This document shows, in pieces, positions 1 through 8,136 of a DNA stretch of 64,000 nucleotides. The translations under genes and the position numbers were made by a program. Below the pieces are notes generated by a model. It had not been told where the DNA came from. It searched no databases and saw only the letters and a list, made by a program, of their open reading frames with translations. The first letter of the stretch is position 1, and every line of letters starts with the position of its first letter. The stretch is from assembly GCA_937900135.1 (NCBI GenBank), contig CALCDJ010000002.1, positions 483 through 64,482 of the forward strand, in the 5' to 3' direction. The DNA comes from an uncultured Blautia sp. GTDB lineage: Bacteria; Bacillota; Clostridia; Lachnospirales; Lachnospiraceae.

Positions 1-49
1 TTTTTTAATTTTTTTTGAAAAAATTGTTGTTCCTATCTTGACATGATGA

Positions 50-133
50 GGACTTCGTCCGGGAGAGAAGCTGTTCGAAGAGAAATTGATGGCAGAGGAA
101 GGATTAAAACGAACCAAGAATGATCTGATCCAT
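50..133 (+). pseudogene. C-terminal fragment of a CapD-like polysaccharide biosynthesis nucleotide-sugar dehydratase
   Basis: Translates GLRPGEKLFEEKLMAEEGLKRTKNDLIH, the G-L-R-P-G-E-K-L-x-E-E motif of CapD/PglF-family C-termini; in-frame TGA directly upstream, no start. Confidence 0.75.
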
Positions 134-256
134 TCCAGACCAAAATACAACAGCGCCATCAGTACTTTTTGCTGGGCGGTTGCAAATAATGAAGAATTTA
201 CTGTGAACGACAGAGCAACAGAGCTGGAAGTTCTTTATATTGATGATCTGGTAGAT
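131..256 (+). pseudogene. Internal fragment of a CapF-like capsule epimerase/reductase
   Basis: Translates HSRPKYNSAISTFCWAVANNEEFTVNDRATELEVLYIDDLV, matching the CapF 'RPxYNSAVxTFC...LxLxYIDDLV' segment; fused in frame to the capD fragment. Confidence 0.75.
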
Positions 257-466
257 CTCTGTATGATTCTGAAGTTATGTATTGGATGGGATACATTTAC
301 AGATATTGGCATTACTACAAGGATGAATCAAGTAAAAAAATCTATCAGCAAGCAAATGCGAAGACAATGAAGCGAAATTACATGATGTTCCATACGATGG
401 CTCCGGAACTGGCTATTGAGAATTTGATCGAGATCAAACGACAAAAAAGAAATAAGTAAACAGACA
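257..466 (+). repeat. 210-bp direct repeat, copy 1 (3' half of the gene at 4374-4796)
   Basis: Aligns to 4594-4803 with 6 mismatches by manual comparison; ORF 277-459 reproduces that protein's C-terminus. Confidence 0.97.
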
Positions 467-520
467 CCCCCATGGCAAGTATCCTGCTTACGAATCCTCA
501 TAACAAAACACTATATTTCA

Positions 521-549
521 TTGCATTTCCATCTTATCTGTGATAAACT
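521..549 (+). promoter_or_regulatory. Putative sigma-A promoter for cpsC-cpsD-LCP
   Basis: TTGCAT-17 bp-TAAACT with TGn extended -10. Confidence 0.55.
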
Positions 550-584
550 GAATGGGTTAAGAATAAAAAAGGAAAAGGAGCATT

Positions 585-1343
585 ATGAACGAGAAAATAC
601 AAGCAAGAGAAACTTACAGAGAAGATACCATTGATCTGCTGGAACTCTTCTTTGCTATAAAAAGAAAAATCTTACTCATACTGGCGGTAGCCCTGTTGGG
701 CGCGACTCTATATGGAGGATATACCATTTATTTTATTGATCCTATTTATACCTCCACCTCCAGCGTACTGATTTTATCCAAAGAAACGACTTTGACCTCC
801 CTTGCTGATCTGCAGCTGGGAAGCCAGTTGGCCAGTGATTATCAGGTGTTGATCAAGAGTACCACTGTTATGGAGAATACCATTAAGAAGGTAAACAAAG
901 ATCGAAAAGAGGATAACAAGAAGGCACTGAAGCTTACAGCAGAAGATCTGAAGGCATGCACTACCATCAACAATCCTTCGGACACCCGTATTTTGGAGAT
1001 TTCTGTGGAACATACTGATCCGGAGATTGCCAGGGAACTTACTGATGCCATCGCAGAGGTATCCTCTGAATACGTAGGTGACAAAATGGAAATCATTCCG
1101 CCCAAGGTCATTGAAAAAGGCAAGGTGCCTACGGTTCAGACTGCGCCCAGTGTAAAGAAAAACCTGGTTCTTGGTTTTCTCATTGGTTTTGTCTTAAGCG
1201 CTGGTCTCATTTGTCTGAAAGTGATCCTTGACGATACCATTAAGACAGAGGAAGATTTTGAGAATTATCTTGGAATTCCCTGCCTTGCTTCCGTACCGGA
1301 TAGAAAAGACTACATAACCAAAAAGAAATCAAAACGCAGATAA
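585..1343 (+). CDS. cpsC: Capsule chain-length determinant / tyrosine-kinase modulator (Wzz/CpsC/YveK family)
   Basis: N-terminal 'TIDLLELF...K' plus TM, PxYTS, C-terminal 'P..PS.KKN' + TM + 'LDDTIKTEED..YLGIPCL'; AAGGAG RBS. Confidence 0.9.
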   Translation: MNEKIQARETYREDTIDLLELFFAIKRKILLILAVALLGATLYGGYTIYFIDPIYTSTSSVLILSKETTLTSLADLQLGSQLASDYQVLIKSTTVMENTIKKVNKDRKEDNKKALKLTAEDLKACTTINNPSDTRILEISVEHTDPEIARELTDAIAEVSSEYVGDKMEIIPPKVIEKGKVPTVQTAPSVKKNLVLGFLIGFVLSAGLICLKVILDDTIKTEEDFENYLGIPCLASVPDRKDYITKKKSKRR

Positions 1344-1355
1344 GGAGGGAGAACG

Positions 1356-2069
1356 ATGAAACGAATTACTATTGAAGATATCCGAAAACAGGATTTTCAT
1401 TATGCAGAAGCCATCAAAACCCTTCAGACCAATATCCAGTTTGCGGGAAAGAGCGTAAAGACCATCCTTATTACCAGTTGTTACCCAAACGAGGGAAAAA
1501 GTGATATTACCTTTTCACTTGCCAAGGAGATGGCTGCTTCCGGAAAGCATGTCCTTCTTCTGGATGCAGATATCCGGAAGTCCTCCTTTATTTCCCGTTT
1601 TCGAGTGCATGAGACAGTATATGGGCTTTCTCAGTATTTAAGTGGACAGATTGGTCCCCAGGATTTGATTTATATGACCAATTATAAAAATATGGATATG
1701 ATTTTTGCCGGACCAACAGCCCCTAATCCCACCAGTCTTCTGGGGGATGAAATCTTTTCCATGCTTTTTGAAACCCTGAGGGAGCATTACGATTATATAT
1801 TTGTGGACACACCTCCAATTAATTCTGTCATTGATGCAGCTGTCGTAGCCCAGCGCTGTGACGGAGCAGTGATGGTGGTGGAAAATCAGGCGGTGAGTTA
1901 TCGTGCTGTACAGAAGGCTTTATCACAGATTGAGAAGAGTGGCTGTCAGATTCTCGGAGGAGTATTGAACAAAGTAGATACCAGAAGAGATAAGTATTAT
2001 TCTCATTACTATAAAAAATATGGATATTATTCTAAAAAGTCGGATGAGTATATCCAAAATCAGGACTAA
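1356..2069 (+). CDS. cpsD: CpsD/CapB bacterial tyrosine kinase
   Basis: Walker A PNEGKS, A' LLDADIR, Walker B FVDTPP, C-terminal Tyr cluster KYYSHYYKKYGYY. Confidence 0.93.
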   Translation: MKRITIEDIRKQDFHYAEAIKTLQTNIQFAGKSVKTILITSCYPNEGKSDITFSLAKEMAASGKHVLLLDADIRKSSFISRFRVHETVYGLSQYLSGQIGPQDLIYMTNYKNMDMIFAGPTAPNPTSLLGDEIFSMLFETLREHYDYIFVDTPPINSVIDAAVVAQRCDGAVMVVENQAVSYRAVQKALSQIEKSGCQILGGVLNKVDTRRDKYYSHYYKKYGYYSKKSDEYIQNQD

Positions 2070-2078
2070 GCGATTATT

Positions 2079-3047
2079 ATGAAGCAGAATAAACATACCT
2101 TTCTTTTTGGGGGAATAATCGTGGTTCTCCTTCTTTTCTGCATGGGAATTTTGTGGAAGGAGCACAGCCGGAACAAAACGCTTACCGCTTCCGTGAAGCA
2201 GGAAGCAATGTCTGAGGAAAAAACGCATACCTACAATGAGCACCTCAGCAATTATCTGTTTCTGGGAGTCGATACCAGCGAACCGGTGGAGACTTATGAA
2301 GTACAGGCAGATGCCGGTCAGGCGGATACTATTTTTCTGGTATCGTTGAATCGAAAAACCAAGGAGATTCAGGTTCTTGCCATTCCCCGTGATACCATTG
2401 CAGAAATCCAGGTGCTTGCCCCTGGAGGCAAAAGCCTGGGAACCACCAAACAGCATCTGAATATCCAGTATGCTTTCGGAGACGGGAAGCATAAGAGCTG
2501 CCGGCTGATGAAGGATGCCGTATCTCGGCTTTTGGATAATCTTCCCATCCAGGGATATTGTTCTCTGAATCTGGATGGAATTCCATTGCTGGCTGATCTG
2601 GTGGATGGAGTGGAAGTTACCATTCCTGATGACAGTTTTGAAGATGCCTATCCTGAGTTTCAGGAGGGAACCACCGTTACCCTGACCAGTGAAAATGTGG
2701 AAGCTTTTGTTCGCTATCGTGACCGAACCACCAGTCAAAGCGCTCTGGTTCGTCAGGAACACCAGAAGCTTTTTCTCCAGGCATATCTGAAAAAAGCCAG
2801 AGAATATCAGGAAAAAGAAGCCGCTTTTGTTACAGAGATGTATGAAGCACTGGAACCCTATATGGTCACCAATATGGGATCAGATTTCTTTGTGGATCTT
2901 CTGAAGGCCTCCGAAGAAGGAGAACCCATATCATATACCCTTCCCGGAGAAGGACGAGAAGGCTCGGACGGTTATGAAGAGTATCATGTGGATGAAAAAG
3001 CTCTTTCAGATTTGCTGCTTCAGATGTTTTACCGGAAAGATAGTTGA
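2079..3047 (+). CDS. LytR-CpsA-Psr (LCP) family phosphotransferase
   Basis: N-terminal TM; LFLGVD, GQADTIFL, IPRDT, FVRYR, RQEHQ motifs. Confidence 0.9.
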   Translation: MKQNKHTFLFGGIIVVLLLFCMGILWKEHSRNKTLTASVKQEAMSEEKTHTYNEHLSNYLFLGVDTSEPVETYEVQADAGQADTIFLVSLNRKTKEIQVLAIPRDTIAEIQVLAPGGKSLGTTKQHLNIQYAFGDGKHKSCRLMKDAVSRLLDNLPIQGYCSLNLDGIPLLADLVDGVEVTIPDDSFEDAYPEFQEGTTVTLTSENVEAFVRYRDRTTSQSALVRQEHQKLFLQAYLKKAREYQEKEAAFVTEMYEALEPYMVTNMGSDFFVDLLKASEEGEPISYTLPGEGREGSDGYEEYHVDEKALSDLLLQMFYRKDS

Positions 3048-3109
3048 TGGACAGACCATTATCTATAAATCTTACGTAACAAAATCAATAAATAAAGGAG
3101 AGATGAGAA

Positions 3110-3865
3110 ATGAAGGTTGCAAAAAAACTTTTAGCGGGAATTATGACAGCTGCATTATGTGTAACAGCGCCAGTTGGCGTTTGGGCAGCAGAAGTAGCAC
3201 ATAACAGCATGACAGTATCCGTAAAACCCAGCGGTGACAGTGACGGTAAGTATGTAGTGACAGAAAAGATCGAGGAAACGGAATCTTTTCAGGTGTTAAA
3301 GGAAGAAGCACCCATGGTGGCTGACCTGGTGGAAACCATCAATAAGATTGTAAATGCCCTTCTGAATGAAGAAGAAGAATTGGAGCATGGAATTCCAGAA
3401 GAGAGTCTTTCTGAAGATGCAGGAAAAAAAGCGTCCATCAAGTTTGTTGCTGAAATCAAGAAGCTTCTGGAAGAGACAGACGAAGAGGGAAAGCAGGTTC
3501 TGACAGAAGAAGCGAAAGAGGCTGCCGAAAAGATCCTTACAGAAATGGAAGAGAAGGAACTGGATTTCGTTACCCCGTTCTTTGACCTGGATCTGGAAAA
3601 AGATGCCGAGGTAGAGAAGAATGAGGATGGAAATTATGACGTAACTTTAAGTGTTCCGTTATTGACGGATTCTCTGGAAGATGTAAATCTGCTCCATTAC
3701 AGTACTGTTCGTCATCTCTGGGAAATCATCGAACCAGATGAGGTAGATACAGAGAAACAGACACTGAAAGCAGAATTTATGGATTTCTCTCCGATTGCCA
3801 TCGTTGCAAAGGTAGATACCCAGGAAACACCAGAAGTGACTGTAACACCGGCTGCAGAAGAATAA
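3110..3865 (+). CDS. Acidic secreted/surface hypothetical protein
   Basis: Signal peptide MKVAKKLLAGIMTAALCVTAPVGVWA; AAGGAG RBS; C-terminal beta-domain ending DFSPIAIV. Confidence 0.8.
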   Translation: MKVAKKLLAGIMTAALCVTAPVGVWAAEVAHNSMTVSVKPSGDSDGKYVVTEKIEETESFQVLKEEAPMVADLVETINKIVNALLNEEEELEHGIPEESLSEDAGKKASIKFVAEIKKLLEETDEEGKQVLTEEAKEAAEKILTEMEEKELDFVTPFFDLDLEKDAEVEKNEDGNYDVTLSVPLLTDSLEDVNLLHYSTVRHLWEIIEPDEVDTEKQTLKAEFMDFSPIAIVAKVDTQETPEVTVTPAAEE

Positions 3866-3885
3866 AAAAATGCAAATCCAGTGAT

Positions 3886-3921
3886 AAAAAGCGGAACTGT
3901 AAAAGTGCAGTTCCGTTTTTT
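3886..3921 (+). terminator. Rho-independent terminator
   Basis: GCGGAACTGT / GCAGTTCCGT stem followed by a T run. Confidence 0.85.
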
Positions 3922-4027
3922 ACTTGGGAAAAAGTATACGGTAAATAGCTAGTACCGTGCTAGTTCTTTCAAATTTTGAGATAATCAACTCTAAAGATTG
4001 GCGCAGACAAGACTTAAGTGCTTACGA

Positions 4028-4056
4028 TTGACATAATATATAACAAAGTTTATAAT
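4028..4056 (+). promoter_or_regulatory. Perfect-consensus sigma-A promoter
   Basis: TTGACA-17 bp-TATAAT. Confidence 0.85.
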
Positions 4057-4078
4057 AAAATATATAAAATATGTTAGA

Positions 4079-4369
4079 ATGTTTTATGCACTCGATAATT
4101 TCTTTCGAGGGATGATTACCGACCTGGGGTTAATTAAAAGCCTGTCCACCCTTCAATTAGGACGGCAATATGTGGCTGTGACGCAGACTGGCTGTGATGC
4201 AGTTCGTATTGAAAAGGAAATTCCAATTTCATATCTGGAACGAAGATTTCTGCAAGATTTCAGCGAGGAAAATAGAGCAAATGGAATTTCGATGGCAAAT
4301 GATATCTGCAAAAACCATAGACGTGAAGGATTGTTTTTTGATGAGATGATCGAGCAGGAAAGGGAGTAG
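4079..4369 (+). pseudogene. 5'-truncated DUF3990-like gene (C-terminal part only)
   Basis: RMFYALDNFFRGMITDLGLIKSLSTLQLGRQYVAVTQ resembles the C-terminal half of long DUF3990 proteins; no RBS and no N-terminal 'LYHGS' domain. Confidence 0.55.
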
Positions 4370-4373
4370 GAAA

Positions 4374-4796
4374 ATGGATTTGATGCAATCAAAGCTATGT
4401 GATATTCAAGGTCGGCTCTTTGAATTATCCGTTAAAAAGGAGTATGACAGTGAGGCGTTTGTTTCCTTCTTTATGAGATCCAATGTTGCAAGATACCTTG
4501 ATTCCAGATATAACCGAATGCAATGGGCTGGTGAAGAATATCTTCTTGAAGAAGTGCTTGATGAAGCAGGAGATAAAGTCACAAAAACAGGACCTCTGTA
4601 TGATTCTGAAGTTATGTATTGGATGGGATACATTTACAGATATTGGCATTACTACAAGGATGAATCAAGTAAAAAAATCTATCAGCAGGCAAATGCGAAG
4701 ACAATGAAGCGAAATTACATGATGTTCCATACGATGGATCCAGAACTGGCTATTGAGGATTTGATCGAAATCAAACGCCAAAAAAGAAATAAGTAA
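4374..4796 (+). CDS. DUF3990-associated partner protein (putative antitoxin-like)
   Basis: Intact 140-aa ORF 4 nt after the DUF3990-like remnant; 'LCDIQGRLFELS...FMRS.VA..LD...YWMGYIYRYW...YMMFHTMDP..AIE' pattern. Confidence 0.6.
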   Translation: MDLMQSKLCDIQGRLFELSVKKEYDSEAFVSFFMRSNVARYLDSRYNRMQWAGEEYLLEEVLDEAGDKVTKTGPLYDSEVMYWMGYIYRYWHYYKDESSKKIYQQANAKTMKRNYMMFHTMDPELAIEDLIEIKRQKRNK

Positions 4797-4803
4797 ACAG
4801 ACA
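4594..4803 (+). repeat. 210-bp direct repeat, copy 2
   Basis: Near-identical to 257-466. Confidence 0.97.
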
Positions 4804-4805
4804 AT

Positions 4806-4852
4806 ATGAAAGGGGTTGGACCTTCACTTGGTCCTCAGCTCATGGCTGAGAT
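4806..4852 (+). mobile_element. Micro-remnant of an IS110-family transposase
   Basis: Translates MKGVGPSLGPQLMAE, resembling the 'GVGxxLxxxLxAEIGD' helix-hairpin motif of IS110 C-terminal domains; only ~15 codons. Confidence 0.55.
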
Positions 4853-5092
4853 GCATTAAAAGATTTGGAAGAAAAACCCGCAATGGTTTATGTATCAGAA
4901 GTATGCCATTTTTATAAAGATAGAGGGTATTGCTACGGTGGAGGAATGCATATTGATCCTGTTTTTCCGGCATATGATGTAAAGGCTTGTGTAGGAAAAA
5001 CTGAATATACAATAATATATTTGTCAGAAGAAAAAAATAAGAAGTATAGTCAGCGTGGTACTTATGAGTTGTTGGTTGAAATATGCATGTAG
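4853..5092 (+). pseudogene. 3' fragment of an unidentified low-GC gene
   Basis: Open frame ALKDLEEKPAMVYVSEVCHFY...LLVEICM* starting right after the IS110 remnant, with no RBS. Confidence 0.4.
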
Positions 5093-5106
5093 AAACTTAG
5101 ATGTTA

Positions 5107-5184
5107 GATTAAAAACGAAAAAACTGTTGATAAATTCAGGCAAAGCGGATATAATAAGAAATGAGAAGGATTAAAAACGAAAAA
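5107..5184 (+). promoter_or_regulatory. Sigma-A promoter bracketed by two exact 16-bp direct repeats
   Basis: TTGATA(5127)-17 bp-TATAAT(5150); GATTAAAAACGAAAAA at 5107-5122 and 5169-5184. Confidence 0.7.
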
Positions 5185-5209
5185 CGTGTAAATAATTTGG
5201 AGGTATATC

Positions 5210-6355
5210 ATGAAGGTGCTTAGAATTACAGCACAAGGCCTGCCATTGTTTAAGGAAGAATTAGACATATCTTTCTTTGCACAACAGCGCATTGCAGATG
5301 ATGACAAAGACTTATTGTATCCATTGTTTTCGAATGTGTATGTGAATTGTTCCAATGCATTTATTGGGATCAATGCTGCAGGCAAAACATCTGTACTTAA
5401 GGTCGTTTTGCTGACTTTGAACTTGTTGAACAATCAGCCAATTAACCACATCGAGACAAAAGAAATTTTGGGCGATACAGATATGGCGACTATTAATACC
5501 TATTTCTACTCAGAGGCAAAGGAAATTTGCAGATTGGAAACTGTTATTACATCAGAAAAAGCTAAAACAGAGGCAGTTTACTATAAAATAGTAAAGGAAA
5601 CTTTGTGGGCAAAGTCTCAAGAATCTGTGACTGCAAGAAAGAATCTGACGGATTTTTCTTCATATGAGCCGATTGCAGTTCGTAAAGAGGAAGAATTTTT
5701 ATCGGATGATGTAAGCATCATTATCGCTTATAACAAAAAGAAAAAAGAACGAATGGACATTGTCAGCCTGTTATCCTTTACAAATATCAATGTTCTGCCG
5801 TTTGCAGATGAAATTCCGGCAGAGGTTATTTCTTTCTTAGATCCTACGGTGGAGAAGCTGTATTTTGATAAGGCAGAAAATAAAACATTGATTCACTTGC
5901 AGTTTAAAGATAGAAAAGAAATTGTGCTAAACAATCCAATAGATTTAAATTTGTATCTTTCTTCAGGAACAATAAAGGGTATCGTGGCATTTACTTTGGC
6001 GAAGGAAGTGCTGAAATCGGGCGGATATCTGGTCATGGATGAAATTGAGAACCATTTCAATAAGGAAATTGTTTCTACGCTGATTCGCTTTTTCATGGAT
6101 ACAAGGCTGAATAAAAATGGAGGCACATTGATTTTTACTACGCATTATCCGGAGTTGCTTGATGAATACGACAGAAATGACAGTATTCATATCATCCGAA
6201 ACAGAAATGGTATTACAGTAGATAATCTTGCTAATCTTTTAAAGCGAAATGATATTAAGAAAAGTGAGGCATACCAGAGTGGATTCTTAGAAGGAACGAC
6301 GCCGATGTATGAGTCTTATATGCGGTTGAAAAAGAGCATCGCAAATTCTATTTAA
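5210..6355 (+). CDS. ABC-type (AAA_21-like) ATPase, AbiLi/RloA-like defence component
   Basis: Walker A GINAAGKT, signature LSSGT, Walker B LVMDEIE, H-loop FTTH; GGAGG RBS; AT-rich. Confidence 0.8.
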   Translation: MKVLRITAQGLPLFKEELDISFFAQQRIADDDKDLLYPLFSNVYVNCSNAFIGINAAGKTSVLKVVLLTLNLLNNQPINHIETKEILGDTDMATINTYFYSEAKEICRLETVITSEKAKTEAVYYKIVKETLWAKSQESVTARKNLTDFSSYEPIAVRKEEEFLSDDVSIIIAYNKKKKERMDIVSLLSFTNINVLPFADEIPAEVISFLDPTVEKLYFDKAENKTLIHLQFKDRKEIVLNNPIDLNLYLSSGTIKGIVAFTLAKEVLKSGGYLVMDEIENHFNKEIVSTLIRFFMDTRLNKNGGTLIFTTHYPELLDEYDRNDSIHIIRNRNGITVDNLANLLKRNDIKKSEAYQSGFLEGTTPMYESYMRLKKSIANSI

Positions 6356-6370
6356 GATAGGAGGATTGCG

Positions 6371-6889
6371 ATGGAATTAGCAAAAATTAAAGCATGTATT
6401 TGCGAAGGAGCTGCAGAAGCAGCTATTATTGACGTGTTGTTGGATAATGATCTTTTAATTTTTGAACGTGAAGAAATGCTGGATGAAGGTGTAATTCGCT
6501 GTAGGGATGGAAAAACTTTTGAAACCAGATATTTAAGAAAAGGCTTCAATGAGCTGATTTCGGTTATCCGGATACTGGATTCCAGAAGAGAGAACTTTAA
6601 GCTCAGTAAAGCGTATGAAAGTAAAGTGGATGTGATCAATGTTATTACAGCGCCAGAGATAGAAATGCTGATTATTTTCAATGAGGATAAGTATAATGAG
6701 TTTAAGAAGTCCGGCAAAAAGCCTAGCATTTTCTGCAAGGAAAATTTGAAAATGTCTAGTGTGAAATCTTATGATTTTGTTAAAGAGTATTTTGAAAATC
6801 CGGAAATACTGTTGAAAGCAATTAAGAAATATAATGAAATTTCAAAGATCAGAAAAGGCGAATATACGTTGTTAGATTTACTGAAGTAA
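6371..6889 (+). CDS. TOPRIM-like protein, AbiLii/RloB-like defence component
   Basis: N-terminal CICEGxxE, ILDS and PEIE motifs; 15 nt downstream of the ATPase with AGGAGG RBS. Confidence 0.65.
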   Translation: MELAKIKACICEGAAEAAIIDVLLDNDLLIFEREEMLDEGVIRCRDGKTFETRYLRKGFNELISVIRILDSRRENFKLSKAYESKVDVINVITAPEIEMLIIFNEDKYNEFKKSGKKPSIFCKENLKMSSVKSYDFVKEYFENPEILLKAIKKYNEISKIRKGEYTLLDLLK

Positions 6890-6993
6890 CATATATGATT
6901 TCAAGTATGGCGTCTGCCGGACTGGAAGGTGATTCCTTTTGGCTCGAAGAAATTTTGTCAATTGGCTGGCAATCTCAAACTATGGTACCACTG

Positions 6994-7025
6994 AAGCCGA
7001 GGTGTAGAAATACAATTCGGCTTTT
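6994..7025 (+). terminator. Rho-independent terminator
   Basis: AAGCCGA...TGTA-GAAA-TACA...TCGGCTT followed by Ts. Confidence 0.65.
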
Positions 7026-7303
7026 CATGTCAATTTTTGAGAATGTAATTCAAAAACACCAGTTACGGAGTCATTAAAAATTTCAAATAGTAAGCAAGGA
7101 TAAGTGAAAGAATATGAATATATAAAAAGGGAGTTGAGCCATTGGTACTAATCGGGGTGTTTACATGGCTTGGTAAATGATTACATAAATAAATACAAAA
7201 AATGGAAAAAACCAAATCAGACAATGATTTGACAAAATGTGAAAAAGCATTTCAAGATACACAAGACACGTTAGAGCTATTAAATGAAATGTTGGAATGA
7301 CGT

Positions 7304-7959
7304 GTGATGCAGAAAATAACGTTAACAGGAAAAACGGTGCTGGTTACCGGCGCTGCTGGTTTCATTGGAAATAATCTGGTTCTGGAATTGCTCCGCACAG
7401 TGGAGGCTATTCAGATTGTGGGCATAGTAAGCTTTACAACATTCCCTCCACCTGCCTTCGTTTTTTTACAGTATACGGTCCTGCAGGGCGTACGGATATG
7501 GCTTACTTCGGTTTCACCAATAAGCTGATGAAAGGTGAAAAAATCCAGATATTTAACTATGGCAACTGTAAGCGTGACTTCACTTATGTGGATGATATCG
7601 TGGAGGGCGTGAAAAGAGTGATGCAGGGAGCGCCCGAAAAGAAAATGGGAGAGGATGGTCTTCCAATTCCTCCTTATGCAGTCTACAACATTGGAAACAA
7701 CCATCCGGAAAAGCTTCTGGATTTCGTTCAGATTTTGCAGGAAGAGCTGATTCGTGCAGAGGTGCTTCCAGAGGATTATGATTTTGATGCCCATAAGGAA
7801 CTTGTGCCCATGCAGCCGGGAGATGTGCCGGTGACCTATGCAGACACCAGCGCATTGGAGCGTGATTTCGGCTTCAAACCGGCTACCAGTCTGAGAGAAG
7901 GGCTGAGAAAATTTGCTGAATGGTATAAAGCATTCTACTTCGCCACTGCAAAGGATTGA
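7304..7959 (+). pseudogene. UDP-glucuronate 4-epimerase-like NAD-dependent epimerase with internal deletion and frameshift
   Basis: N-terminus VLVTGAAGFIG..IVGI joins at ~7424-7427, in another frame, to SKLYNIPSTCLRFFTVYGPAGRTDMAYFGF; the middle region with the YxxxK motif is missing. Confidence 0.9.
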
Positions 7960-8094
7960 CAGAAATAGAATGACTGGAATGAGCTGGCTCAAAGAAAACG
8001 GCTATTCGCATTTTCACTAGAAAAGGAACTGCACACTAATTACTTAGTGCGACAGCCGCTGAAACTCCCCTCATATACACTTTTTACTTCACGC

Positions 8095-8124
8095 AAAAAC
8101 AGAGGGCAAGTTCCTGCCCTCTGT
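8095..8124 (-). terminator. Rho-independent terminator of the Rpn-like gene
   Basis: ACAGAGGGCA / TGCCCTCTGT stem with a T run on the minus strand. Confidence 0.8.
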
Positions 8125-8136
8125 CGTTACAAAACT

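Noticed and set aside
98..113. GAAGGATTAAAACGAA resembling the 16-bp promoter repeat at 5107/5169
   Set aside because: Lies in capD-derived coding sequence (EGLKR), needs a gap and is A-rich; probably chance.
86..370. 94-aa ORF as a real gene
   Set aside because: It is a chimera of capD-like and capF-like fragments running out of frame into the repeat; no RBS.
277..459. 60-aa ORF as an independent small protein, or as a DGR template/variable repeat pair with 4594-4803
   Set aside because: It is the 3' half of 4374-4796. All six differences involve an A in one copy, but in both directions (three each), mostly at synonymous positions, and no reverse transcriptase is present.
6895..7299. Small ORFs or sRNA between the defence pair and the epimerase
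   Set aside because: Only short unassignable frames (e.g. ...GNLKLWYH*, MEKTKSD...EMLE*) that look like gene-end debris; no supportable call.
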